A DNA stretch of 64,000 bases from contig NC_043006.1 of the NCBI RefSeq assembly GCF_006345805.1, forward strand, positions 12,214,001 to 12,278,000, read 5' to 3'. This DNA is from Octopus sinensis (Eukaryota). The notes beneath the pieces were generated by a model. It made no database searches. It had not been told where the DNA came from and saw only the letters and a program-made list of their open reading frames with translations. Position numbers and translations under genes: made by a program. Position 1 is the first letter of the stretch. Every line of letters starts with the position of its first letter. This document shows positions 51,312-64,000 of the stretch, in pieces.

Positions 51312-51867
51312 TATATGATAAATGAAAGACGGAAAATGGAATATACGAGAATTTTTATTAAACACGGCAGTTATTGTGACACATTTAGCATCGATCCCTC
51401 ACAGGAGACATAATTAACAATTGCTTCAGGGGCATCCGGCGGCGTAGATGTGTCTCATCGAGCGACAGATACATGCAACTCGGTAAAATAACAGTTCCGC
51501 AACGTATCTTCTCATTTCGTAGGAAAAAAAAAGTAGCGAAACGAAGGAAATGGCTTCATTTATATAAAAGATAAAAGAAAAAAAAGAATTATATATGCAA
51601 AAAAGAACTGAACACGCAATACACCGAGAAAAGTATTACAAGTAAAAATTAACAGATAGGGATGCATAAACGTCCTCGTGCAAGCTGCATGGTGCGTGTA
51701 TACTCGCTCATACATGCATCCACGAAAATGTAAGCATACTCACACATGTGCTTTGGTGCACACACGATCACAAAGCGTCTTAAATGGCTACTTGAAATAC
51801 GAGGAGGTTAAAGTTAAAAATAAATCCATCCATACATTGAAGTAAATTACGTTAACAGTTACTCAAA

Positions 51868-52304
51868 AAAGGCGGCGAACTGGCAGAAACGTTAGCACGC
51901 CGGGCGAAATGCTTAGTGGTTACGAAATAGAAATAGGTATTTCGTCTGCCGCTACGTTCTGAGTTCAAATTCCGCCGAGGTCGACTTTGCCTTTCACCCT
52001 TTCGGGGTTGATTAAATAAGTACCAGTTACGCACCGGGGTCGATATAATCGACTTAATCCGTTTGTCTGTCCTTGTTTGTCCCTTCTGTGTTTAGCCCCT
52101 GGTGGGTAGTAAAGAAATAGGTATTTCGTCTACCGTTACGTTCTGAGTTCAAATTCCGCCGAGGTCGACTTTGCCTTTCATCCTTTCGGAGTCGATAAAT
52201 TATGAACCAGCTACGCACTGGGGTCGATGTAATCGACTTAATCCCTTTGTCTGTCCTTGTTTGTCCCCTCTGTATTTAGCCCCTTCTGGGCAATAAAAAA
52301 TGAG
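51868..52304 (+). mobile_element. Dimeric family N SINE (tail type 1) with 14-bp TSD
   Basis: AACAGTTACTCAAA at 51854-51867 and 52305-52318; the second unit starts internally at GGTATTTCGTC. Confidence 0.9.
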
Positions 52305-52329
52305 AACAGTTACTCAAATTCATTCCCAC

Positions 52330-52610
52330 TACACTGTGCGAAAGTACATTTAAATGCGTGTAGGCAACTTGAATCTTTCAGAAATTCTAATAATGATCTT
52401 CTCATTGGTCCACAGAATAGACAGGGATTCCTTGGAGCAGAGTCCGCATATTTTGAAAATGATATTGTATGGTTTTGCGTGCCTTACTATGGACCAGGTT
52501 ATGTTATACTTAATTTTATCTTCCTCCAATCGCCACACAAAATCGGCCAAGGACGTTGAATGTCTCTTATTGATTCTCTTGACGCTGGTACTATGGTTAC
52601 CATAATGATT
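52330..52610 (-). mobile_element. Penelope-like element endonuclease C-terminal fragment
   Basis: HSTSLADFVWRLEEDKIKYNITWSIVRHAKPYN..KICGLC matches the PLE pattern TELSK.IW.LK....Y.I.W.I...A.PY.....C.LC. Confidence 0.75.
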
Positions 52611-53620
52611 ATTAAATATATATAGTTAAAATTCCAGTATATATTGTCCCTCCTTTCCGCAGTTTCATTATATTATACCATATTGTATAATATATTGTGT
52701 GTGTGTGTGTGTGTGTGGTGTGTGTGTGTGTGTGTGTGTGTACGCGCGCGTGTGTGTGTAATTATACGTAATTATAGTCGTAGATTTATGGTAACATAAA
52801 GTTTGGGCTAGGAATTCTTTGTTTCATATAGCAACGAAAGGAAACACTGTTCACATACCAATAGTTCAATATTCAAGCAATCTACGCAGGACATGCAAAA
52901 TACACAAATTAGTTTATTGTAGTCATTAATATCAGTGGGTTTATAAGCTGTTGATTTCTGGGTTGTTAAAGAAAATGTGCAACTCATGATGAATCGCTTA
53001 GTAGAGTTGAAATATGCACATACAGCGGACCCTTCGTTTTCCAGACAGTTAAGCATACATCAATTACGTATCAATTTCCTGAATAGACATTTAGTGCACC
53101 AATCAACTGACTGCCTATCGTAGAAAGCGACGGAGAATTAACCGGCTTATTCACTGGGCATTTGCATGTTGCTTTTGTGTACCCAATATGTAACATTTCT
53201 CGATGTACGGTTTCTGTTATTTCATCCATAGAAATAAGACTTTCACCTAGGTCCGGCTTTTTCATTGACCGAATGACATACGCATTCACATGCGCTTAGA
53301 CACGTGATGTATTCAACACCGAATAAACCTCCTTTCCTCAGATTTAAGTATGAAACCCAACCGGACGGAGCGGCATAGAAACAGTGGGAAATAGGCATTC
53401 AGACCAAGTGATTGATAATCAGAATTTTCAACCGAAGTTGTGAGATTAAGTGAAGAAAATAAAGGATTAAAGCATATATTATATCAGACGATTGTTGTAC
53501 ATCTATACAATAATCTCTCTGTGAGTATACATATATATGAATGTATGTATGTATGCATGTATGCATCTATTTTATGTATGCATGTATGTATGTATGTATC
53601 TATCTATGTACGTATGTGTA

Positions 53621-53715
<95 letters not shown>

Positions 53716-54140
53716 ATGTATGTATGTATATGTATGTAGGTACGCTTATATATATGCTTGTATGCATGTATTTATGTAGGTATATAGTACTTATATCTGT
53801 GAAAATGCTTAATGCTTTGCCAAAAAAAACTGCCTTAACCTATGAGGTGAAGGGATGGATGTGTTCATAGAAGATTTCGCGCCGCAAAAACGCGAAGAAT
53901 GATGGTTTTGACCAACGTACTAGTACAGCGGGACTAATTCCAGAGAAAGCCCTGGAAGTAGGCTTGAAATATATAAGTATTAGCGGTAATGTAAAATACA
54001 GAGAGGAGGAGAGGGGTGAGCGAGCGTGCCAACAAATGATATACACCTAAAAATGCAAGGGACATGGTTGAAGTACAATTTAGAATGGTGTCGTCTGTGT
54101 AATAGATAATGTATATCTCTACATGTATATCTATCTATCT

Positions 54141-54325
54141 CTCAGTCAATCTCCCCCCCTTTTCTTTTTAAATTTTATTCCCCCCTATTTTTGTCCTCTT
54201 TCTTTCTCTTTACGTTCCCTTTTGATCGAAAACCAAACCCCCTATTTTTTACCCCCAAAAGAAAAGCTATACCTTGTAATTTGTCCTGTCTGTGTGCAGT
54301 CCTGTGTGGCTAATAAAGAAACATA
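54141..54325 (+). mobile_element. Tx1-like LINE copy 3 (3' UTR only)
   Basis: Ends GTCCTGTGTGGCTAATAAAGAAACAT; CTAT repeats on both sides. Confidence 0.8.
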
Positions 54326-54545
54326 TCTAACTATCTATCTATCTATCAGACTGTGTATCTGTCTGTCTATCAAGCTGCCTGTCCATCCATCTATCCATCC
54401 ATCCATCCATCTAGATATCTATCTATATACCTACCTACCTACCTACCTACCTACCTACCTACCTACCTACCTACCCATCTACCTATCTGCCTATCCATCC
54501 ATCCAGCCATCCATCCGTCCATCCGTCCGTCCGTCCGTCCGTCTG

Positions 54546-54600
<55 letters not shown>
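54326..54600. repeat. Compound (CTAT)/(CCTA)/(CCAT)/(CCGT) tetranucleotide array
   Basis: Direct reading. Confidence 0.9.
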
Positions 54601-54603
<3 letters not shown>

Positions 54604-55518
54604 CAGAGATCCCTGGCCTGGCGGTGCTACCGAGAAGCGCTACCCGTTCGGGATAAGCTCTATAGGCATGGCTCGAGAAACACGGGGCCGACCTGCCCGA
54701 GATGCGGGCAGAGCGACGAAACCGCTCTGCACGCAATCGTGCAGTGTCCAGCAATTTCCCACCTGTGGGCTTATGTCGAACGACTGCTGTCACGTGTGGG
54801 ACGTGTCGGTTTATCAGCCGAGTCTATCGTTAATATCGTCACGCCTCCTTCCTTCAAACGGGAAGGAAGAGCTATTTTTAACATACTTGTGGCTATGGCG
54901 AAAGAATGTATCTGGTGGACGCGTCTGAAAGGATTAGAGACAAACACTTTCCTCTCTGGTCAATCTCTCATCAACTTCTTCAAGTATCACTTGAAGAAAA
55001 AAGTGAGAGTAGAGAGGCAAGTTTTGTCTAGTGAATGTTTTAAAAAAAGATGGGTGAATGTAGCAAGGATGGCACGTATGAATGACGAAGCCACCTTGAC
55101 TATGATTCTATGAACCGTAAAATTAATACAGAGAGTTGCTTATTTGCAAAAAAAAAAAGAAATATAACATGTGACTTCATTGACCGAGGTTACCGTGGTC
55201 TTTTCCGTAGGCTTTTCTTTCCTCGGGTAAACCTCACCTGTCCTCCCCTTTACACTTCATATTGACATTTCTGTGATAACGATCCCTATTGATCAATTTT
55301 TTTCCTCTCCCTCTTTTATTTAACCCCCCCTTTTTTTGTCCTCTTTCTCTCCTTTTACGATCCCTTTTGATCGACCCCCCTTTTCTATTTTTTTAAAATT
55401 TTATTTGTTATTTTATTTTTTATTTATTTATTTATTTTTTTTAAACCTTCAAAAGAAAAGCTCTACCTTGTAATTTATTCTATCTGTGTGCAGCCCTGTG
55501 TGGCTAATAAAGAAACAT
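54601..55518 (+). mobile_element. Tx1/L1-clade LINE copy 2 (open 170-codon ORF2 C-terminus plus 3' UTR)
   Basis: Frame open 54601-55113: FQRSLAWRCYREALPVRDKLYRHG...TCPRCGQSDETALHAIVQCP (CCHC zf-RVT knuckle)...KKRWVNVARM*; AATAAA at 55506. Confidence 0.92.
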
Positions 55519-55536
55519 ATCTATCTATCTATCTAC

Positions 55537-55571
<35 letters not shown>

Positions 55572-55588
55572 CCTATCTATCTATCTAC

Positions 55589-55645
<57 letters not shown>

Positions 55646-55653
55646 AATCATCA

Positions 55654-55722
<69 letters not shown>

Positions 55723-55774
55723 CTATCTATCTATATATATATTATATATTATATATAATATATATATATATATA

Positions 55775-55840
<66 letters not shown>

Positions 55841-55845
55841 CTATA
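55519..55845. repeat. (CTAT)n/(TA)n microsatellite
   Basis: Direct reading. Confidence 0.95.
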
Positions 55846-56423
55846 GGATTGAAAATATTTATTCACGAGGCTCCCACACATTGAACCACTTTATTGTTAA
55901 TGTATTAGTATTTTAAATATATAATATACAACATATTATAAATAATAATAATAAAGTTAACGTTAAAAAAAATAATTATATATAAATATTTATATGTACG
56001 AATAAATATTTGTGTGTGTTTGTCAGTGTGGCTGCGGTATGACTGGATGAGCGATTATGTGTTTGACTGTCGGAGTGCGTGTAATTACAAATTCATGGAA
56101 AAACATGAATAATTACCGAGTAATTATTTAATTCAACATTAGTGACTTTATGAAACCAATAATAATTTTTTGCTGACATTATATGCTATACATTACACTT
56201 AAGGAATACTCATACTGTAAGGCTTCCGATAAAATCATGTAAGAGATATACGTAGATCTTAAAATATGTATTTAATCTGTATTCATGCAACAGAATGTTC
56301 TAATTGTTTTTTTACTAAAAGTTTCGTGGCTTACGCACACATGTAAATATATATATATACATGTATGGATGTTTATATATGTTTATATATGTGTATATAT
56401 ATATATATATATATAATATATAT

Positions 56424-56469
<46 letters not shown>

Positions 56470-56471
<2 letters not shown>

Positions 56472-56644
56472 CGCAGGAGTGGCTGTGTGGTAAGTAGCTT
56501 GTTTACCAACCACATGGTTCCGGGTTCAGTCCCACAGCGTGGCACCTTGGGCAAGTGTCTTCTACTATAGCCTCGGGCCGACCAAAGCCTTGTGAGTGGA
56601 TTTGGTAGACGGAAACTGAAAGAAGCATGTCGCATATATATATG

Positions 56645-56678
<34 letters not shown>

Positions 56679-56911
56679 TAATATATATATATATGTATGT
56701 GTTTGTGTGTCTGTGTTTGTCCCCTTAGCATTGTTTGACAACCGATGCTGGTGTGTTTACGTCCCAGTCACTTAGCGGTTCGGCAAAAGAGACCGATAGA
56801 ATAAGTACTGGGCTTACAAAGAATAAGTCCCGGGGTCGATTTGTTCGACTAAAGGCGGTGCTCCAGCATGGCCGCAGTCAAATGACTGAAACAAGTAAAA
56901 GAGTAAAAGAG
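56470..56911 (+). mobile_element. SINE family C, full length, low divergence
   Basis: GGCGCAGGAGTGGCTGTGTGGTAAG...GGTTCAGTCCC...GAAACAAGTAAAAGAGTAAAAGAG. Confidence 0.9.
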
Positions 56912-57189
56912 ATATATCTTTCTGTGTATATGTATGTGTGTGTCAGTGTGTGCGTGTGTACATAATACTTGCATATCTATGTATGGATATATATGAGTGT
57001 GTGTGTGTGTGTAAGTATGTATATATGTATGTATGTATGCGTTTCAGTATGTACGTATGATTGATTAAATAAGAAACAGTACTAAGTAAATGTAAGAGAA
57101 TTTACTGATTCCATGGAACCGCAAGGGTGACGGAGTGAATCATCTCTATAGAATGAATACACATAGGTATATTTATATGTGCTTATGTA

Positions 57190-57191
57190 CG

Positions 57192-57237
<46 letters not shown>

Positions 57238-57380
57238 ACATATATATATACATACACAAAAATACAGACATATACACAAACATATGCATGTAGTCATAGC
57301 AATACGTACATGCATATTCATATCTATCTATTTATCTATCTATTTATCTATCATTCTCTCTCTACCTCCCACTCTCTCTC

Positions 57381-57437
<57 letters not shown>

Positions 57438-58144
57438 TCATACATAAATATGGATGCTTATGTATGAGTAAATATATATAATATATATATATATATAATA
57501 ATATATATATATATATATTATATATATATATATATATTATATATATATATATATATATACTCATACATAACATCCATACATGTATATATATTTACATATA
57601 TATATGTATTCATGAGTGTGCGTGTTTATGCTGCGAAGCGAATAGTAGACAGCTAATGAAACGTAGATATCTGATGGAGAATGCGTCAAAAGTGTTATAG
57701 ATAATCCTTTAAAGTCGTTACATATACCACGCTCTGACATACGATCTAACGCATAATGGCGATGTCATTGTTGACTTCCGGGTGTCTGTCAATTGACTTT
57801 TAAAATTTCGCAGTTTATGGGGATGTTTTCATAAACCTAACTTTGGTAGTCTCTTTGATTTATTTTTATACGTATGCCATCACTTTCCACGCACGCACAC
57901 ATTCACACACACACACACACACAAGACACAAACACACACAATACACACACACAACACACACACACACACACACACACACAAGCTCACGGACGCACGCGCA
58001 CATACATAAACACGCACACACAGACACGCACAAACACACAAACAGCCGCACATAAACAGCCAATCGCACGGGAACACATGTCATTGTGTATGTATGTATA
58101 TATATATTTACATATAAGCATACACACATACATATACATGTATT

Positions 58145-58229
<85 letters not shown>

Positions 58230-58287
58230 CGTATATGTATAAATGTATATATATATACGTATATATATAAATGTATATATATATACG

Positions 58288-58359
<72 letters not shown>

Positions 58360-58570
58360 ATATATATATATATATACATACATACATATATATACATATA
58401 TATACATACATACATACATATATATACATACATACATGTACATACATATATATATATATGCATACACACGCGCACACATACACACATATAAATTCCTAAG
58501 TATGCATTTATGTACATATACATTAATACCATGTGTGTATATATATATATATATATATGTATACATACTA
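57190..58570. repeat. Large (TA)n/(CA)n microsatellite field
   Basis: Direct reading; a unique island lies at about 57610-57880. Confidence 0.85.
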
Positions 58571-59319
58571 GACGTATAGATATTTATGCAATTTTTACTG
58601 TTATATTGATCAATTATTTCACTCAAAGTTTGAGTTTAATATTCAAAGCACCAAGCGATACAATAAGGTCTCATAGACGCATGAGAAAATAAAAATAAAA
58701 TATACCTAAAAGCAAGACATTGCTTTTGCATACACGCATAGACAACACACAGAAATATATACACATGCAAATACATATACACATATATACACACACACAC
58801 ATAAAATATATATATACATGCATGTATATGTATTTATATGTCGGTTCCTGTCATCATTGTATAGTATTGATTTCTCTGTTTTGCGCACAATTTTAAAGTT
58901 AGTGTTAAGCAATATTTATACCCCGACTATTGATTTTGATAAAGAGTAATATATGAAAATGCTTTCAAGTCAGTCATCAGGTAACCATGGCAACTCGATA
59001 TTTAAATGAGATTTTTTTCTCTAAACAAGAAATGTTTATTTTTTTATTTATTTATTTATTTTTCTCTCTGCATTATATAGTAACATAATTCCATCCTAAT
59101 ATTATCATTTCAATTATTTCTTCGTATTTATTGGCAATATATAACTATTCGAATATAACATGAAATTGGAGAAAAAAAACAACAAACTAAAACCGAAAAG
59201 AAGGATCTTAGTTGGTAAGTTTGTGTTTGAGAACCAATAGGATCGATTATTGCTGTTAGTTTGTTTGATTTCGGAAATTGCCATTCACAATACCAAGACT
59301 AATGATAATAATAATGACT

Positions 59320-59725
59320 TCACTTTTGGCACAAAGCCAGGAATATCGTAGTGAGTGGAAAAGTTGATTACATCGACCCCAGTGCTCCACAATTTTAAAA
59401 AATTTATTGAATTTGAAAGGAGGGAGGGCAAAGTCGATGTTCACGGAATGTAATGCCACTGAGCATTTTATCCAACTCGCTATCTATTCAGTGAGCTCAC
59501 CTTCTCCTTCTTGATAATAATAATAATAGGATTATTATTAATTTTTTTTTTGCGGGAGAGGGATTTTTTTTGATTATATCGAAGATATTACTCGTAAGAA
59601 ATATCGCTAACGACTGTGTCAGCCCACGATCTGATTAAATAAAATAATAATCCTTTCTACTATGGGCACAAGGCTAGAATTTTTAGGGGAAGGCATAGTC
59701 AAATTACATCGACTCCAGTACTCAA
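59320..59725 (-). mobile_element. Two family N SINE fragments
   Basis: GATTACATCGACCCCAGT core at about 59367 and 59703; the second has tail type 2. Confidence 0.65.
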
Positions 59726-59751
59726 CTATTCTTATTATTACTGTTATTATT

Positions 59752-59814
<63 letters not shown>

Positions 59815-60278
59815 GAGTGAGAGAGCAATGCATGCCATCAAAGTGACACTGGGGTAAAATATACGAAGCCCAATATACCCATCATGACTACCCGTCTGAT
59901 AAAGGTACACCAGGCACATGCATCACAACCATATGTGCGCGACATGGTGATCTCATATCAAGATAAACAGCACATAACCTTGCAGGTGGGGCCCAGTTAG
60001 AATTTTCTTCAGGTTGAGTAGCCCATCCCGCTCAACGGTCCCTGAATAAGGGTGTTTAAGGATGTTGAAGAACCACCCATGTTTCCAGAGGTGAATTATT
60101 CAAACCCCAAAGAATCCCCCTCAACACATGGCCATGATGCTCCCCCACTACTTCTGCTCGTGATCAGAGATGCACATATCGTCAGCCACTAAGGACATGC
60201 TCAACTGGTTAAGGTCAAACAACTGACAAGCAAATCTGTGGTATTGAGCAGAATATTTGCTGTAGCCCATCTTTTATA
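59815..60278 (-). mobile_element. Non-coding (AAT)n-tailed element, copy 2 (5'-truncated)
   Basis: Homologous to 7858-8330; long ATT arrays on both sides. Confidence 0.8.
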
Positions 60279-60349
60279 TTATTATTATTATTATTATTAT
60301 TATATTATTATTATTATTATTTATAATAATAATAATAATCTTTTTTACC

Positions 60350-60550
60350 CTGGGCACAAGGCCCGAAATTTTTGGCGAGGGCATCAGTCGCTTAGATCGA
60401 GCCCATTACTCAACTGGTACTTAATGTATCGACCGTGAAAGGATGAAAAGCAAAGACGACCTCAGCAGAATTTGAATTCAGAACGTAGCGACAGGTGAAT
60501 TACCGCAAAGCATTTCGCCCAGCGTGCCAACGATTCTGCCAGCTCATTGC

Positions 60551-60555
<5 letters not shown>
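60350..60555 (-). mobile_element. SINE family N
   Basis: Core and head present: GAATTTGAATTCAGAACG...CAACGATTCTGCCAGCTC. Confidence 0.75.
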
Positions 60556-60621
<66 letters not shown>

Positions 60622-60622
<1 letters not shown>

Positions 60623-60790
60623 TAGAACACCAAATTCAGGGTGTAGTCTTTAGCACCTGTAGAATATAAAGCAAGACATGACAGAGTCGGCCAGTATATG
60701 CACTGGACAATATGTCGGCATTATAAAATCAAAACCGCTGAAAAATGCTATAAACACCATCCTGAAGCTGTGACTGAGGGAGAAAATGTG
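60622..60790 (+). mobile_element. Second R4/Dong-type family fragment
   Basis: APVEYKARHDRVGQYMHWTICRHYKIKTAEKCYKHHPEAVTEGEN is homologous to KKEYIHRHDRVGTYIHWKLCQHYGITTEKRWYRHTPEKVTENE; directly preceded by (AAT)n. Confidence 0.8.
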
Positions 60791-61074
60791 TCGACCTCGA
60801 CGGAGTTTCAAATATGTTTTGTCCGTTGTATTACCGATTCGAATAACGAAAACAGGTACACGAAATATTTCAATGATTCCATTGAACTTAAAAAAAAAAA
60901 AATCTAAGCAGCTAAGTTACGTAATACTATTCAAGAGGTCTAACGGAATCTCATATCGCTTGATATAACTTGTCGGTTTGAAATATCTTGTAGCCCCAAG
61001 CTGCATATTGGACCAGCGAATGGACGCGTACTTGTATGAATCCTAGGTCCAGATTTCCTCTTCGTTTGGTTCAG

Positions 61075-61273
61075 AGAGGACAAACAAGGACAGACAAATG
61101 GATTAAGTCGATTATATCGACTCCAGTGCGTAACTGGTACTTAATTTATCGACCCCGAAAGGATGAAAGGTAAAGTCGACCTTGGCGGAATTTGAACTCA
61201 GAACGTAACGGCAGACAAAAACTGCTAAGCATTTCGCCCAACGTGCTAACGATTCTGCCAGCTCGCCGCCTTA
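61075..61273 (-). mobile_element. SINE family N, tail type 1 (truncated)
   Basis: GGACAAACAAGGACAGACAAATGGATTAAGTCG plus core and head. Confidence 0.85.
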
Positions 61274-61424
61274 ACCTGTGCTGTCAAAGCCGAATTGATA
61301 GAGTGAATTAATCATGAACATGAGCATTCGTTTTGATAAAGTATAATATAGGAAAGTGCTTTCAAATCAGTATTCAGGTAATCAAAGCGACTTGATATCA
61401 TTTCCATTGATATTATAACATTGC

Positions 61425-61642
61425 AAACGTGGCGAACGGAAAGAATCGTTGGCACACGGGGAAAATTACTTAGTGGTATTTCGTCCGTCTTTACGTTATG
61501 AGTTCAAATTCCACCGATATTGACTTTGCCTTTCATCCTTTAAAGGTCGATAAAATAAGTACCAGTTGAATACAGGGGTCGATGTAATCAACTTACACGA
61601 TCTCCCGTAATTCCTGGCCTATGTCAAATTTTTAGACCAATA
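61425..61642 (+). mobile_element. SINE family N, tail type 3
   Basis: Head, core and tail GGCCTATGTCAAATTTTTAGACCAATATC. Confidence 0.7.
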
Positions 61643-63315
61643 TCATAATCTTGCAGGTCATTATTTTCTCTACGCGCGTAATTAAAAATCATAAACTGAT
61701 AAAATCATTTATCTGTTTCGCACTTCTATCAATTTTGGATGTACGACAGAAACGGCGTAACGACACTTACATACCTTTACGACAATTATGGGGGGACTTT
61801 TTAATAACTGGGTGGTAATTCCAAATGAAATGAATACCTGATGAGGATGCGTTTGAGCCCTGACGAGGGATTAATATAACTGTGGGTTTAGAAATTCATA
61901 GAAATTTATTAATTACTCGTTTGTCATTAAAGATAAAACACCTATTTTCTTTTACGTATGGATTTTACTGATCGCATCGTTAAATCTGTTTAATACTCAA
62001 TACGTACAAAATTTTACTCGCCGTCAAGAAGTTCACCAGCCTGACATTCCTGTCACTGTGCAAACAATGGCAGATATATTTTCAGTTTTCGTCCCCCCTG
62101 GCGTGGATAAAATAAGTATAATGAAGTATTATACACGAATGAAGTTTGATTTTATATGTGTACCAATATTTAGAAATCAATATTTCATTCGAAATGTTTT
62201 CATTTGTGTAAAAATGTTTTAATTTAACGAAAAAATACTTCTGTAGTTTTCGTAGAACTACAGTGTCAATTACGTGTGTGTTAATTAAACAAACGCTTAA
62301 ATATAACATTAGCTATTAACATCAGGTGACTGTCTGTATGTTGCTGTTTCAGATGTTGTTGAACCATAAAATTAACGGATATTTTCACTAGATTTATCCG
62401 AAAATAAAAGAAAGAAAGTAAATGATGCAAAACGAAACACTTTTAGAAGTGTACAAAAATATTAACGAACAATTTTTTTTAGAAAGAGATCAGATTTGTG
62501 CAACATTTTATTATTATTATTTTTTTCAGTCTCAACATATTCCTCATAGAATGTCAGAAAAAAAAGCATCTGTTATACAAGTGTAGTAGTAAACGGAGAA
62601 CGGTTTATGTGGTCGATTGAACTCAATCATAAAACTCAGTATCTATTCCTCTCATTGATGGCTGTAGATGACAAAATCGGTAAAGCGTGTTATAGCGGTA
62701 TCTAGTTACGTTAATTTATATCCCGAGTTCAAAAAAAGACGTCGGAAAATTATTTTCCTTTAATTCATCTCATTTCGAACATCAGTTATTGAACAATCCT
62801 TCAAAGTTTAGTGTCCTTAATCCAATGTTTGGACACTGGCAAAAGTCATTAAATGATTAGTTTGTCACATTTAACTACTTAAATGACAGAGAAGACAAAC
62901 AGAATCACTATCGAAGTGAATTGAACTCGGAAAATAGATATACAATTATAGATAAAATGACAAAACTCTTCCGGTGTTGAACTGCCTTTTTAACTCCAAT
63001 ATTTATTCAGTATGTTAGATATTTCCGTTCAATACAACACACTTAAAATGCCTTTCTCATAATGGTTTCTAATGAGTACAGGGTATGAAATTTTACTGCT
63101 TTTATCGATCTGAAAGTCTGAAGGCATAGTTGATCGCGGCAGGATTTGATAAGAGAACATAAAAAGCCAACTGAAATATCGGACATCTTTTTCTGAAGCA
63201 TTAATAAATTTGCCATTCCAGCACCTTCAAAATATCTTACGAATGAATGTGGGAACCGCTATGCTACTGAGGGACTGATACCCGTGCCTGTGAAATATTT
63301 CTCAAGCTCCAACTT

Positions 63316-63543
63316 ATTTCTTTACTACCCACAAGGGGCTAAACACAGAGGGGACAAACAAGGAGAGACAAATGGATTAAGTCGATTACATCGACCCCAG
63401 TGCGTAACTGGTACTCAATTTATCGACCCCGAAAGGATGACAGGCAAAGTCGACCTCGGCGGAATTTGAACGCAGAACGTAACGGCAGGCGAAATACTGC
63501 TAAACATTTCGCCCGGCGTGCTAACGATTCTGCCAGCTCGCCA
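63316..63543 (-). mobile_element. SINE family N, tail type 1
   Basis: Full head, core and tail ending GCCCCTTGTGGGTAGTAAAGAAATAA. Confidence 0.88.
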
Positions 63544-64000
63544 AACTCCCACCTGCTGTCTTAAAGGTGGAGGAACTACACATTAAATAATGTGGTAATA
63601 GATATAACAAAAAAACTGACAGGATGGTCCAACTTGGAACACATTTGATTCTAGGCCTTCTCGTTCGGGTATGACCTGAGAGAAACTACAACAACAGAAA
63701 AAAACTATATATAACGTATTTAAACTTAAAACATGTAGGAAAATCGGAATTTTCTTCGTCACAAAGGTTCTCAAGGATAGATATGCAAATTGTAACAATT
63801 CGTGAAACATTAACAGCATAAATGAATTCAAACGACTTCGACTGGGAACCTAAATCATGAAGTGCATATTTTTAAGTGCTTTTGAAATGCTTTATTTTTT
63901 CCTCCGTTGTAATTTGAGAATAATATACAGGTTTCTAAGTTGAAGTATATTGTGCGGCTTCACATCACTGCTTCCATAGATTTAACTTCAATAAAAAGTT

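Noticed and set aside
61836-61900. Two hammerhead core heptamers (CTGATGA, CTGACGA)
   Set aside because: Stem II plus GAAA and stem I cannot be formed.

Overview
AT-rich eukaryotic DNA that is mostly repeats, probably intronic or intergenic. The SINE families and microsatellite load suggest a cephalopod (Octopus-like) genome; this is inference. I find no intact host gene, rRNA, true tRNA gene or CRISPR array, and most ORFs in the supplied track are translated microsatellites. The window holds about 25 tRNA-derived SINE copies from at least 4 families. It also holds fossils of Tx1/L1-clade, R4/Dong, RTE and Penelope-like retroelements, and of mariner, hATm-like, Chapaev3-like and Helitron DNA transposons, plus several young tandem arrays. 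Five signals stand out. (1) A Tx1-like LINE has three copies that all sit strand-specifically in (TATC)n/(GATA)n arrays. (2) One SINE tail matches the 3' ends of two Tx1-like LINE families, including a covarying stem-loop before AATAAA. (3) R4/Dong-type elements and a non-coding element sit strand-specifically in (TAA)n. (4) A minimal hammerhead ribozyme motif has an unusual core variant. (5) A possible BTB/POZ exon is split by a microsatellite. All alignments were made by eye, and coordinates of degraded elements are approximate.
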